Part shown: in pieces, positions 20,050-30,599 of the stretch
Layout: each line of letters opens with the position of its first letter
Position numbering within the stretch: the first letter of the stretch is position 1
Origin: Nitrospirota bacterium
GTDB taxonomy: Bacteria > Nitrospirota > JACRHJ01
NCBI GenBank assembly: GCA_963845245.1
Contig: CAWJRJ010000017.1
Span: 32,001 to 96,000 of the forward strand
Reading direction: 5' to 3'
Length of the DNA: 64,000 nucleotides
The notes under the pieces: generated by a model
Databases searched by the model: none
What the model was told of the DNA's origin: nothing
The model's input: only the letters and a program-made list of their open reading frames with translations
Position numbers and translations under genes: made by a program

Positions 20050-22230
20050 ACAATTCAAGAGCTAGTTGGTCCAACATGGTGACCCTGCTTGTCGCGGCGT
20101 TGTTTTGCGTCATGCTGTTGCCTGGCGCCGGAAGGTGCGATGAAGTCAAAGAGAAGATGGGCTCCCTTGTGCATTCAAAGGAAAAGGTGACGGTCCAGGC
20201 GGATAACATTGACTATGACCGCAAGACCGGCATATACACTGCGACCGGGAACGTTAAGATAACACAGGGTCCCGCTGTCCTGACCTCGGACAAGGCAACG
20301 TTGAACGAGCAGACGGGCGATGCCGAGGCGACCGGCAAAGCACGCCTTGTAAGTGAAGACAACGTTGTTTTCGCCGACAGGATAAAGGTGAATTTCAATA
20401 CAAGCCTCGGTGTCATCGAGAAGGGAAACATATTCGTCGAGAAGGAGAACTACCACATAACCGGAAGCTCGATGCAGCGGGTCTCAGAGAACGAGTACCA
20501 GGTATACTCCGGGAACATGACGACGTGTAACGCATCCAACCCGTTCTGGAGCATCTCGGGCAGTTTTCTGGACGTAAAGATGGACGACCAGGTTACAGGC
20601 AGAAACGTGGTCATGAGGGTAAAAGGGATACCGGTACTTTACTCGCCGTACGCATGGTTCCCGCTGCTGAAACCTCGCACGTCAGGGTTTCTTATCCCTG
20701 GGGGCGGGTACAGCACGAAAGATGGCACCAAGCTTTTCCTGAGCTATTTCTGGGCGCCGCTGGACAACTTCGACACCACTCTCAGCATGGATTTCAGGAG
20801 CCTGAGGGGCGTCGGTGTTTCGGACGAAATACGGTTTGCTCTTGACAAGGATACGCTGGGAAAGTTCTACGGCTATTACATGGACGACCACAAGGTAGAC
20901 AAACTGAGGTACAACATCACCTTCAAGTATCAGGAGGTGTTTACGCCAAGCCTCTCTGGCAGGCTGGACCTGAACCTCAGCGACAGGCAGTTCTACAGGG
21001 ACCTTACCGATACGACTCTGGAGAGGACCCAGCGAAGTATCGACTCCAACGCCTTTCTGACCAACCGGTGGGACTGGGGGCGGGCATACCTTTTTTCCCA
21101 GTACACACGCAGCCTCGAAACCTTCAATAACGATTTTATCGTGCAGCGTCTGCCGGAGGCTGGGTTTTAACGTCTACAAAATATCAGGTAGCGGGGCTGC
21201 CGCTCTATCTTGACCTGGACAGCTCGGCTTCATACTTTGACAAGGTTAAGGGTGTATCAGGCGGCAGGTTTGACCTCTTCCCCAAATTGTCCGGTTACTT
21301 TAACCTTGCCGGCATAAACTTCTCACCGAAGATCGGATACCGGGAGACTGCATACTCTCTTCAAGGTAACGGAGATGCCCAATTCGACCAAGAACGCGGC
21401 CTCTTCGGGGCGGGCATTAAGGTGCAGACCGATTTCTACAGGCTTTACACATTCGGCAGTGGACCGTTCGAGGCAGTAAGGCATACGCTGGAGCCGTCCG
21501 CCGCATACAACTGGGTAGGCGACAGAGGAGGAGCCAGGTTCCCCAAGTTCGACGAGGTTGACACCTATGGACGCAGAAGCCTGCAGCGTACTCTCTTACT
21601 AACAGGTTTGTCCTCAAGTACAGGACTGTTGAAGGCAATCCGTCCAAGGTTGATTATATTACCCTCAAGTTGAGCCAGTTTTACGACGTCCATTCCGATA
21701 ACCTGGTTTCAGGGTCAAGCCGTCCTTTTTCAAACCTCTATGGAGAGATAATATACAAGGGTGGCCAGCATATAACATTGAACAACGACTTCAGGTATGA
21801 CGTTTACAGCGGAGCGTTCCTCTCGGTAAATACCGACTTGAAATATGAAGGCAATGCAGGCATGTGGCACGTCGCACTCGGCCAGAGGTTTTCTTCTGAT
21901 ACGGAGCAGATATTCATGTCGCCGTCACGTTTTGATTTCTTTACGCCGAGCACCGACTTTATATCCGACTTTATTGTCCAGAAGACGACGCCGGAAGAGC
22001 AACGGGTTAATTTCCTGACGTTCGAGGCTGGCGTAATTATAAACCAGTATTGGTCTGTAAAAGGCAAGATATGGTATGACGTACATACCGCAAACTTCAG
22101 AGAAACCGATTTCTCCGCCACTTATACGTCACAGTGCTGGGGGATAACAGCCAATTATGTCAACAGGCCGGGGGAGCGACAGGTCCTTGTCTACCTTGAC
22201 TTGAGAGGGATCGGGAACATAAGATTATGA
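20046..22230 (+). CDS. lptD: LPS assembly protein LptD (frameshifts near 21168 and ~21590)
   Basis: OstA-like N-domain (ADNIDYD, ATGNV), TTC motif, RTSGFLIP, QRLPE, C-terminal Y-SQCWG and LRGIG; typical folC-lptD order. Confidence 0.85.
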
Positions 22231-22245
22231 AGCAGGAGGGCTGAC

Positions 22246-23311
22246 ATGAAAGGGTTGATCCTTTCCGGGGGCAAGGGCACCAGGCTCAGGCCTATAACGT
22301 TTACCAGCGCCAAACAGCTTGTTCCCGTTGCCAACAAGCCGGTCCTCTTCTATGGCATAGAGTCGATCCGCGACGCGGGTATAACAGACATCGGCATAGT
22401 CGTCGGCGATACCAAAGACGAGGTAAAGGCGGCCGTCGGCGACGGCTCTGCATTCGGCGTAAAGGTAACATATATCGAACAGGAGCAGCCGCTGGGGCTT
22501 GCGCATGCCGTCCTTGTCTCCGAGGGGTTTCTTGGGACCGAGTCCTTTGTAATGTACCTCGGGGACAACCTGATACTCGGAGGGATAAAGGAGCTTGCCG
22601 CCGAGTTCGAGCAGGGACAGGCCGAATGCGCAGATACTGCTTGCGAAGGTCCCCAACCCGAACCAGTTCGGCGTGGCGGAACTTAGGGACGGCAAGGTCG
22701 TCAGGCTTGTCGAGAAGCCCGAAAAGCCCATGAGCGACCTGGCCCTCGTCGGCGTGTATATGTTCGACAAGAGCATATTCGAGGCGGTAAAGGGTATAAA
22801 GCCTTCCGCAAGGGGCGAGCTTGAGATTACCGACGCCATACAGTACCTGATAGACAAGGGCTACAAGGTCCACCCGCACATGGTAAACGGCTGGTGGAAG
22901 GACACCGGCAAGCTTGAAGACATGCTCGAGGCGAACCGCATGGTTCTCGACTCGTTTACTATGCGCATCGACGGCCATGTAGACTCAAGCTCTAAGGTGG
23001 AGTTCAAGGTGGTGGTGGAAAAGGGCGCGGAGGTCATAAACAGCGTCGTGCGCGGTCCGGCCATCATAGGGCGCGGCGCGCGAATCGTGAACTCGTTTAT
23101 AGGTCCATTTACTTCGATCGACAAAAACGTGCAGGTCCTGGGTTCAGAGATCGAGCACAGCATAATGCTTGAGGGAAGCACGATAACCGAGGTTGACAGG
23201 CGAATAGAGGACAGCCTTATCGGCCGGAACGTGGAGGTCGGCAAATCGCCTCTGAAGCCTACGGCGTACAGGTTCATGCTGGGCGATAACAGCAAGGTCG
23301 GACTTCTGTAA
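22246..23311 (+). CDS. rmlA: Glucose-1-phosphate thymidylyltransferase, long form (frameshift near 22613)
   Basis: GGKGTRLRPIT, KQLVPVANKP, EKP, PSARGELEITDA. Confidence 0.92.
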
Positions 23312-23320
23312 AAGATTTTC

Positions 23321-23378
23321 TGTAGCTGCCCCATTCATGGGGCGCTGTTAAAACCGTCCGATAAATCGGCCAGCTACA
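23321..23378. repeat. REPIN-like pair of inverted GTAG-type REP palindromes
   Basis: tGTAGctgccccattcatggggc ... gtccgataaatcggccagCTACa. Confidence 0.7.
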
Positions 23379-23391
23379 ATTGGAGAAAAAT

Positions 23392-23848
23392 ATGATTGAC
23401 GGCGTGAAGGTAAAACAGCTGAGGTTGATGCCGGACGAGCGCGGCAGGCTGATGGAGATACTGCGCGTCGACGACCCGGAGTTTATCACGGTTCGGCCAG
23501 GTGTACATGACCACGGCCTACCCGGGTGTGACGAAGGCCTGGCATTTTCACAAGAAACAGCACGACAACTTCTGCTGCGTGAAGGGGATGATGAAGGTCG
23601 TCCTTTACGACAGCCGCGACGGCTCGCCCACCAAAGGCGAGGTTAACGAGTTTTTCCTGGGCGACCACAAGAATATAATGGTCCAGATACCGCCTCTTGT
23701 CTACCACGGCTTCAAATGCATAAGCGAGACCGAGGCCATAATTATAAACTGCTGTACCGAGCCGTACAACCCTGCGGAGCCGGACGAATACCGCCTGCCT
23801 GCGCACGGTGGCGACATCCCGTATGACTGGTCAAGGAAGGACGGTTAA
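23392..23848 (+). CDS. rmlC: dTDP-4-dehydrorhamnose 3,5-epimerase family protein (frameshift near 23491)
   Basis: DERGRLME, KAWHFH, IPPLVYHGFK; position in the rml cluster. Confidence 0.88.
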
Positions 23849-23851
23849 TTG

Positions 23852-24838
23852 ATGCGAGACCCAAAGAAGGTGCTGGTTACCGGCGGTTGCGGTTTCATCG
23901 GTTCGAATTTTATTATGCACCTGCTTTCGGCTTACCCCGAGACGCACGTCGTCAACCTGGACTCGCTGACATATGCGGGTAGCCTTGAGAACCTTAGTGA
24001 AGTGGACGAGGACGCGCCTTATACATTCGTGAAGGGCGACGTCTGCGACCCTAAGGCTGTTGCGAGGGCTATGGAGGGCGTGGACGCGGTCGTGCACTTC
24101 GCGGCGGAATCCCACGTGGACAGGAGCATAGAAGGCCCGGCTGTCTTCGTGAAGACGAACGTTGTCGGGACCCAGGTGCTCCTTGACGCCGCCCTGAAGG
24201 TAAAGCCTAAGATATTCGTGCAGGTATCGACCGACGAAGTCTATGGCTCCCTCGGTGAGTCGGGCCTGTTTACCGAACAGACGCCTCTGGCCCCGAACAG
24301 CCCGTATTCCGCAAGCAAGGCGGCGGCAGACCTGCTGGCCCTGGCCTATCAACATACGTATGGGTTGCCGGTAGTTGTTACACGTTGCTCCAACAACTAC
24401 GGCCCGTACCAGTTCCCTGAAAAGCTTATCCCTCTGTTTATAAACAACGCGATGAAAGACATCCCGCTTCCGCTTTACGGCGACGGCTTGAACGTCAGGG
24501 ACTGGCTTCATGTGAGCGACCACTGCAAGGCGCTCGGGCTGGTCATGCAAAAGGGCCGTGAGGGAGAAGTCTACAACATCGGCGGGAACAACGAGAAGGC
24601 TAATATAGAGATTACACGGATAATACTTAAGAACCTGGGCAAGACCGAAAGCCTTATCGCATACGTTGAGGACAGGCTCGGCCACGACAGGCGGTACGCG
24701 ATCGATTCGAGCAAGATACAGTCTGAGCTTGGCTGGAAGCCGGAGTACGGATTTAACGAAGGGATAACCGATACGATAAACTGGTACCGCGACCACCAGG
24801 ACTGGTGCGCGGCAGTAAGCAGGAAGACAGGCAAATGA
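23852..24838 (+). CDS. rmlB: dTDP-glucose 4,6-dehydratase
   Basis: GGCGFIG, AAESHVDRS, STDEVYG, YSASK, DRLGHDRRYA. Confidence 0.96.
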   Translation: MRDPKKVLVTGGCGFIGSNFIMHLLSAYPETHVVNLDSLTYAGSLENLSEVDEDAPYTFVKGDVCDPKAVARAMEGVDAVVHFAAESHVDRSIEGPAVFVKTNVVGTQVLLDAALKVKPKIFVQVSTDEVYGSLGESGLFTEQTPLAPNSPYSASKAAADLLALAYQHTYGLPVVVTRCSNNYGPYQFPEKLIPLFINNAMKDIPLPLYGDGLNVRDWLHVSDHCKALGLVMQKGREGEVYNIGGNNEKANIEITRIILKNLGKTESLIAYVEDRLGHDRRYAIDSSKIQSELGWKPEYGFNEGITDTINWYRDHQDWCAAVSRKTGK

Positions 24839-25680
24839 GGATAGTTGTCACGGGCGGAGCGGGGATGCTCGGAACCGACCTGCTGAAAAGGCTTGCCCAG
24901 GACCATGAGGCGAAGGGTATCGACCTCGCAGACGTGGACATACTGGACGAGCACGGCACTAGGGACATTATCGTCGGCATCAACCCTGACTGGGTGATCC
25001 ACTGTGCTGCTTTTACGAATGTAGACGGCTGCGAGAAGGAGCCCGAGAAGGCCTTCAGGGTGAATGCGGAAGGTGCGCGCAACGTCGCTAAGGCATGCTG
25101 GAGCGCGGGTGCAAGGTTGCTCTACGTCAGTACCGACTATGTGTATGACGGCAGCAAAAATGAGCCGTATGTCGAGACCGACCCCACAGGCCCGCTTAAT
25201 GTATACGGCAAATCCAAGCTCAAAGGCGAACACGAGGTATTGGGTGTCGTTCCAGATGCCCTAATCGTCCGCACATCCTGGCTCTACGGGGAGAACGGCC
25301 CCAATTTCGTGAAGGCCATACTCGGCCAGGTGGGCAAGAAGAAGGAGCTTGAGGTCGTGGCAGACCAGGTTGGGAACCCGACATATACGCCCGACCTTGC
25401 AGACGCACTTGCAAGGCTCGTCGAGAGTGGGGCAAAAGGTATATACCACGTATCGAACAGCGGAAGATGCTCGTGGTTTGAATATGCGAGGAAGGTACTT
25501 GAACTTGCAGGAGTTGCCGATATTGAAGTGAAGCCTATTACAACGACACAGCTTGGGCGTCCCGCGCTCAGGCCGGCATATTCGGTACTTTCAAACGAGA
25601 AATACAGGGCGCTGACGGGGCATGCCCTGCGTGAGTGGGATGCGGCCCTGTCTGAATACCTTAAAGATAAGAAAGCATAA
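24835..25680 (+). CDS. rmlD: dTDP-4-dehydrorhamnose reductase
   Basis: GGAGMLG, STDYVYDG, YGKSK, RPAYSVL. Confidence 0.95.
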   Translation: MRIVVTGGAGMLGTDLLKRLAQDHEAKGIDLADVDILDEHGTRDIIVGINPDWVIHCAAFTNVDGCEKEPEKAFRVNAEGARNVAKACWSAGARLLYVSTDYVYDGSKNEPYVETDPTGPLNVYGKSKLKGEHEVLGVVPDALIVRTSWLYGENGPNFVKAILGQVGKKKELEVVADQVGNPTYTPDLADALARLVESGAKGIYHVSNSGRCSWFEYARKVLELAGVADIEVKPITTTQLGRPALRPAYSVLSNEKYRALTGHALREWDAALSEYLKDKKA

Positions 25681-25695
25681 AGGAGGGTTGGCGGG

Positions 25696-27000
25696 ATGAA
25701 TATATGTGTGGTTGGAAGCGGCTACGTGGGGCTGGTTACCGGCGCCTGCTTTGCCGAATTCGGGCTGAAGGTGACCTGCGTCGATAACGACGAGGGAAAG
25801 ATAAAGAACCTCAAAAAGGGCATCATCCCGATATACGAACCGGGCCTGGAGGAGATGTTAAAGAAAAACATGAAAGAGGGGCACATCTCTTTCACGACCA
25901 ACCTCACCGAGGCGGTACAGAAGGCACTTGTAATATTTATCGCGGTCGGCACACCCCCAAAAGAAGACGGCTCCGCCGACCTGTCATATGTGGAAGAGGT
26001 CGCGAAAAGCATTGCCGAGAATATGAACGGATATAAGGTGATCGTGACCAAGAGCACCGTGCCTGTCGGGACGGGCGAGAAGATACGCGCGATTATAAGC
26101 CAGAGCCAGCGAGAAAAGGGGGACTTCGATATCGTGTCCAACCCGGAGTTCCTGAGGGAGGGCTCGGCAATTGAAGACTTCCTGCACCCGAACCGGGTGG
26201 TTATCGGCGCGAACTCCGACCAGGCCATGGCCATAATGAAAGACCTCTACAGCCCGCTCTACCTGATCGAGACTCCGATAGTCCAGACGAACGTTGCCAC
26301 TGCGGAGATGATAAAATATGCGTCGAATGCGTTTCTGGCGACCAAGATATCGTTCATTAACGAGATATCTAACATATGCGAGCTTGTCGGGGCCGACGTC
26401 CACAAGGTGGCGGTCGGCATGGGGTTGGACAACAGGATAGGCTCGAAGTTCCTTCATCCCGGCCCAGGGTTCGGCGGCTCATGTTTTCCGAAGGACACGC
26501 AGGCGATAGTCCAGATCGCAAAGGAAAACGGGTATGAGTTCCAGATTGTGAAGGCGGTACTGGATGTAAACAAGGGCCAGCGGCAGAGGATGGTGGAGAA
26601 GATAAAGGATGCGATGGGCGGTGATATCAAGGGCAAGGCGATCGGTGTGCTCGGGCTTTCGTTCAAGCCAAACACCGACGACATGAGGGACGCCCCGTCT
26701 ATCGACATACTTCAGGCGCTCATGAAGGATGGCGCGTCGATCAAGGCCTTCGACCCTGTTGCAATGAACGAGGCGAAGAAGGTGCTCGGCGGAGTCGAGT
26801 TCTGCGATGGCCCGTACCCATGCGCGGAAGGTGCGGACGCCCTGGTCATAATGACCGAGTGGAACCAGTTCCGCATATTGGACCTCCAGAAGCTGAAACA
26901 CAGCATGAAGGCGCCGGTAATAATCGACCTCAGAAACGTCTACGAGCCTTCGAAGATGCGCGAAGAGGGCTTCAGTTACGCCTGCGTAGGCAGGCATTAA
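25696..27000 (+). CDS. ugd: UDP-glucose 6-dehydrogenase
   Basis: GSGYVG, NPEFLREG, GFGGSCFPKD, FKPNTDD. Confidence 0.95.
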   Translation: MNICVVGSGYVGLVTGACFAEFGLKVTCVDNDEGKIKNLKKGIIPIYEPGLEEMLKKNMKEGHISFTTNLTEAVQKALVIFIAVGTPPKEDGSADLSYVEEVAKSIAENMNGYKVIVTKSTVPVGTGEKIRAIISQSQREKGDFDIVSNPEFLREGSAIEDFLHPNRVVIGANSDQAMAIMKDLYSPLYLIETPIVQTNVATAEMIKYASNAFLATKISFINEISNICELVGADVHKVAVGMGLDNRIGSKFLHPGPGFGGSCFPKDTQAIVQIAKENGYEFQIVKAVLDVNKGQRQRMVEKIKDAMGGDIKGKAIGVLGLSFKPNTDDMRDAPSIDILQALMKDGASIKAFDPVAMNEAKKVLGGVEFCDGPYPCAEGADALVIMTEWNQFRILDLQKLKHSMKAPVIIDLRNVYEPSKMREEGFSYACVGRH

Positions 27001-27010
27001 GGGGGCTTGA

Positions 27011-27949
27011 TTGTCCAGGATACTCATCACAGGCGGCGCAGGTTTTATCGGCTCGCACCTTGCGGACCGCTTTCTGGCGGACGGCCACGAGGTGATATGC
27101 GTTGATAACCTTATCACCGGGGACGTATCGAACGTCTCGCATATCAAAAGCGAAAAGTTTTCATTCGTTAAGTACGACGTCACGAACTACCTTTTCGTGG
27201 ACGGGCCGCTCGACTACATACTGCACTTTGCCAGCCCGGCCTCTCCCATCGATTACCTGGAGCTTCCTATCCAGACGATGAAGGTCGGCTCGCTCGGTAC
27301 GCACAAGGCTCTTGGCCTTGCCAAGGCGAAGGGCGCGCGGTTCCTGCTTGCGTCCACCTCCGAGGTATACGGCGACCCGCTCGTGCACCCGCAGACCGAG
27401 GACTACTGGGGGAACGTGAACCCGATCGGCCCGCGCGGGGTGTATGACGAGGCGAAGCGGTTCTCCGAGGCCATGACCATGGCGTACCACCGCTACCACG
27501 GCGTGGAGACCCGCATAGTCAGGATATTCAACACCTACGGCCCGAGGATGCGGATACGGGACGGGCGCGCTGTCCCGAACTTCATGTGCCAGGCGTTGAA
27601 GGGCGAGGACATAACGGTGTACGGTGACGGCTCGCAGACCAGGAGCTTCTGCTACGTATCGGACGAGGTGGACGGGATAAGCAGGTTGCTGTTCTCGGAC
27701 GTCGACACTCCTGTGAACATCGGCAACCCGGCGGAGATGAGCGTGCTGCAGATGGCCGAGGCCATAGTGAAGATAAGCGGCTCGAAGAGCAGGATAATCT
27801 TCAAGCCGCTGCCCGAGGACGACCCGAAGGTGCGCCAGCCGGACATCACGAAGGCCAAGGCCCTGCTCGGCTGGGAGCCCAAGGTCGGGCTGGAGGAAGG
27901 GCTCGCGAATACGCTGGGGTATTTTAAGCAAAAGCTTGGGATATCCTGA
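27011..27949 (+). CDS. UDP-glucuronate decarboxylase (UDP-xylose synthase) family SDR
   Basis: [29 protein letters not shown]. Confidence 0.92.
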   Translation: MSRILITGGAGFIGSHLADRFLADGHEVICVDNLITGDVSNVSHIKSEKFSFVKYDVTNYLFVDGPLDYILHFASPASPIDYLELPIQTMKVGSLGTHKALGLAKAKGARFLLASTSEVYGDPLVHPQTEDYWGNVNPIGPRGVYDEAKRFSEAMTMAYHRYHGVETRIVRIFNTYGPRMRIRDGRAVPNFMCQALKGEDITVYGDGSQTRSFCYVSDEVDGISRLLFSDVDTPVNIGNPAEMSVLQMAEAIVKISGSKSRIIFKPLPEDDPKVRQPDITKAKALLGWEPKVGLEEGLANTLGYFKQKLGIS

Positions 27950-27959
27950 GGGAGGAAGC

Positions 27960-28562
27960 ATGCGGAAGCTTATTATACTGCCGGTAGTGTTCCTGATGTT
28001 GCTTCTGACGTCTGGTCTGTCACGGGCGGACGAGATAAACGCGAAGGAGATACTCCAGAAGAACAGGTACGAGCTTGGCTTTCTTTCAGGCTACGGCTGG
28101 GCGATGGACAACCTGCCGCAGGAGCCGAACATACAGCACGCGGTAGTGCTGCCCGCGCTTTCCATCACGCTTTCCGGGATAGAAAGAGGTAGTTCGTTCT
28201 ACAGGGGTATCATACAGTACCAGCTTGAGCCGGTGATAGGCATGATAACTGAGCCGAACCAGCGGATGGAGTTTGGCCTGTCTGCAGTTGGTTTCAAGTA
28301 CAACTTCACCGCCCTTGAGAACAGGTGGCTGCCATATTCGAGCTTCGGGTTCGGCACGATATACGAGCCAATCGGCCACCACGTGCAGGGCACCAACTTC
28401 AACTTCATACTTCAGACCGGGCTGGGCGTCGAATATTTCCTGGACGAGAAGCACGCCATCAACTTCCAGTACCGCTACCGCCATATCTCGAACGCCTGCA
28501 TAAAGCTGCCCAACTCAAGCATCAACTCCAGCTTCGTGCTGGTCGGTCTGTCGTTCTTTTAA
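27960..28562 (+). CDS. PagL-like lipid A 3-O-deacylase / acyloxyacyl hydrolase beta-barrel
   Basis: Signal peptide; FNF...YRHISNA...PN..IN catalytic motif; C-terminal Phe. Confidence 0.85.
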   Translation: MRKLIILPVVFLMLLLTSGLSRADEINAKEILQKNRYELGFLSGYGWAMDNLPQEPNIQHAVVLPALSITLSGIERGSSFYRGIIQYQLEPVIGMITEPNQRMEFGLSAVGFKYNFTALENRWLPYSSFGFGTIYEPIGHHVQGTNFNFILQTGLGVEYFLDEKHAINFQYRYRHISNACIKLPNSSINSSFVLVGLSFF

Positions 28563-28575
28563 GATATTTGTTTTT

Positions 28576-29334
28576 CTAGAGCAAGGAGCTGACGGCGCAG
28601 CCTATCGCGCCGTTGAAGGCAGGGTCGGGCAGGACCGTCACGTCTCGCTTTGCATGTAGCCTCAAAAGGCTGGCCACCGCGCCGTTCCGTGCGACACCGC
28701 CGGAGAAGAGTACAGGGCCGCCCTTGAAGCGGTTCAGCATCGGCAGGACGCGCTTCACTATCGTCAGGTTCACCCCGGCCGCAAGTTCCTCGGGCGGGAC
28801 TCCCTCCGCTATCTTCTGTATTATCTCGCTTTCCCCGAATATTGCGCAGGTGGCCGAGAGCTTCACCGGGTTCTCAGAGTAACGCGATATCTCATTCAGG
28901 GACATGTTAAGTATCGCGGCCATGTTCTCGATGTATCGCCCGGATGAGGCGGCGCATTTGTCGTTCATGGCGAAGTCCTCGATCATTCCGCTACTCACCT
29001 TTATCACCTTAGTGTCCTGGCCGCCGATGTCGAGCAGTGTGAAATCCTTCATCCCCGTCTGCTTAACTGCGCCCAACATATGGGCCTTCACCTCGGGGAT
29101 GACGTCGGCGCCCTTCACCCGCACCGTGTTGCGGCCATAGCCGGTGACTGTCAGGCGGCCAGCCTCGGGAGTTATACCCAGCCTGTCGAACGCCACGGAC
29201 AGCTCACCGCCGTCCATCCTGCCGTATTCGCGGTAGAAATCCACTGTGCTGAATGAGTGCTTCTCGGTTACCGACTGTCCGTCGTGCCTGACAAACTTGA
29301 CTGTACGGCTCCCAAGGTCTATGCCTAAGTACAT
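28576..29334 (-). CDS. ASKHA-family ATP-dependent activator (HgdC/BcrAD-type archerase)
   Basis: GIDLGSRTVK, TGYGR, DIGGQDTK, MNDKCAASSG, SATCAIFGESE, GGVARN; ATG at 29334 overlaps the upstream TAA. Confidence 0.9.
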   Translation of the reverse strand: MYLGIDLGSRTVKFVRHDGQSVTEKHSFSTVDFYREYGRMDGGELSVAFDRLGITPEAGRLTVTGYGRNTVRVKGADVIPEVKAHMLGAVKQTGMKDFTLLDIGGQDTKVIKVSSGMIEDFAMNDKCAASSGRYIENMAAILNMSLNEISRYSENPVKLSATCAIFGESEIIQKIAEGVPPEELAAGVNLTIVKRVLPMLNRFKGGPVLFSGGVARNGAVASLLRLHAKRDVTVLPDPAFNGAIGCAVSSLL

Positions 29335-30320
29335 TATTTCCTGTCCTTGATCATCTGAAGGAAGCCCTCGATGCGTATCCGGGTGCGCGCGTCCACCGGG
29401 CCGGGCCTGTCGCCCTCGATGGTCAGTATGGGCAGTTTCAATTCGCGCCTGATTAACAAATCCTCTATCTGTCGGAAACAGAAGCTCTGGCAGTAGTGTA
29501 TTATGCCGTCGAGTTTGCGCATCTCCGCCTGTGCCTTGATGTCCGCGATCCTGCCGAATATGTCGTACGGGTAGGTGTACTGGGCGTACTGGGCGTAGAT
29601 GTCTGCCGCGGCTCCCCGGCATGGCGAACTGCCTCTGCACCTCGTTGAATACTACTGATGCTCCGCTGTTCTCCATAACTTCGTAGAAGTCTGTGAATAT
29701 GGGCGGGACTCCGATGTAGCCGATGCGCAGGCCCCCGGTAATAGGCAGTCTTGTCTCGGCCTCAGCAAGGAACACGTCAAGCCTTTGTTCGAACAGCTCC
29801 GGGTCACCCTCGAAGTCGCTCGATGAGACCAGCCAGCGGTGGTTGTCGAGACCCGCTAACGCGGCCTTCGAGCCAGGTCATCTCGTCAAGTCTCGCGAGC
29901 TTTGCGCGTATGGGCTTAAGCCGGTCGAACCATTTCTCGACCTCCTGCTCGCTCGTGCCCAGGGCGTCCATGAGTTTATGTATCTGGACCATGAGGAAGT
30001 CTTCGTCTCTGTCGTAGGGGAACGCGAAGGGGATAGTCTGCAGGCCTTCCGACTGCCACAGCTCCATCAGCGCGTGCGTGTTGCTGCAGTCGCCCTGAGT
30101 GACGGCGACAATCCCGACGACGCCCGACTGCCGCGCGGCGATGTACAGGCCCTTTGATCCAGCCGCAGGTGGTGCGCGGAAGGCCCTCTTCTTCCGCCTC
30201 GTCAACCATCTGGGACGGGTCGGTGCTGCCGATGAAGATGTTGTTCAGGTCCACCGGCTGATAACCCGCCGCAAGCACGACCTCGACCGGTATGGTTGTC
30301 GTAAATCCTATTTTTTCCAT
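29334..30320 (-). CDS. 2-hydroxyacyl-CoA dehydratase (HGD-D) family protein, about three frameshifts
   Basis: Reconstructed from fragments: IGFTTTIPVEVV, TTCGWIKG, GDCSNT, IGYIGVPP, HYCQSFC, LTIEGD...TRIRIEGF. Confidence 0.8.
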
Positions 30321-30328
30321 AGAGTTAT

Positions 30329-30357
30329 ATGATAGATTTTGCGGGGCGCAAAGTCAA
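30329..30357 (-). promoter_or_regulatory. Putative sigma70 promoter with near-leaderless start
   Basis: Minus strand TTGACT-N17-TATCAT, then 8 nt to ATG 30320 with no SD sequence. Confidence 0.55.
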
Positions 30358-30385
30358 CAGAATTGGGGCGGAATAAGGAAAACTC

Positions 30386-30414
30386 TTGTAATGAAGGCAT
30401 GTATGGGGTAAATT
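30386..30414 (+). promoter_or_regulatory. Putative sigma70 promoter for the ncRNA/alr
   Basis: TTGTAA-N17-TAAATT. Confidence 0.5.
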
Positions 30415-30435
30415 AGGTGAACATTTATTATTGTG

Positions 30436-30573
30436 CAGACTGCATGGCAGCCCTTTTATGAGCCATCATATTCGTCGGAGCATTTGAGTAGTTTGGGGAC
30501 CCGACCCGGTTTCGTTCAAGCCGTTATCGTCCGCCTCAGGATGATGTCTCAACAAGGGCCACCAAGCAGTCTG
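30436..30573 (+). ncRNA. Structured ncRNA, probably 6S-like
   Basis: Long rod: cagactgc/gcagtctg, gccctt/aagggc, gagccatcat/atgatgtctc, plus an inner region. TGAGCC motif resembles 6S RNAs; promoter immediately upstream. Confidence 0.65.
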
Positions 30574-30599
30574 ATATTAAGTTAGAGGCAAGAGGAAAT

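Noticed and set aside
22246..28562. rml-ugd-uxs-pagL as a novel glycan system
   Set aside because: Standard nucleotide-sugar and LPS genes; no glycosyltransferases or unusual enzymes.
28576..29775. 399-aa ORF as a dehydratase-activator fusion
   Set aside because: The middle segment is out-of-frame junk from an indel. The activator has its own ATG at 29334 overlapping the upstream TAA.
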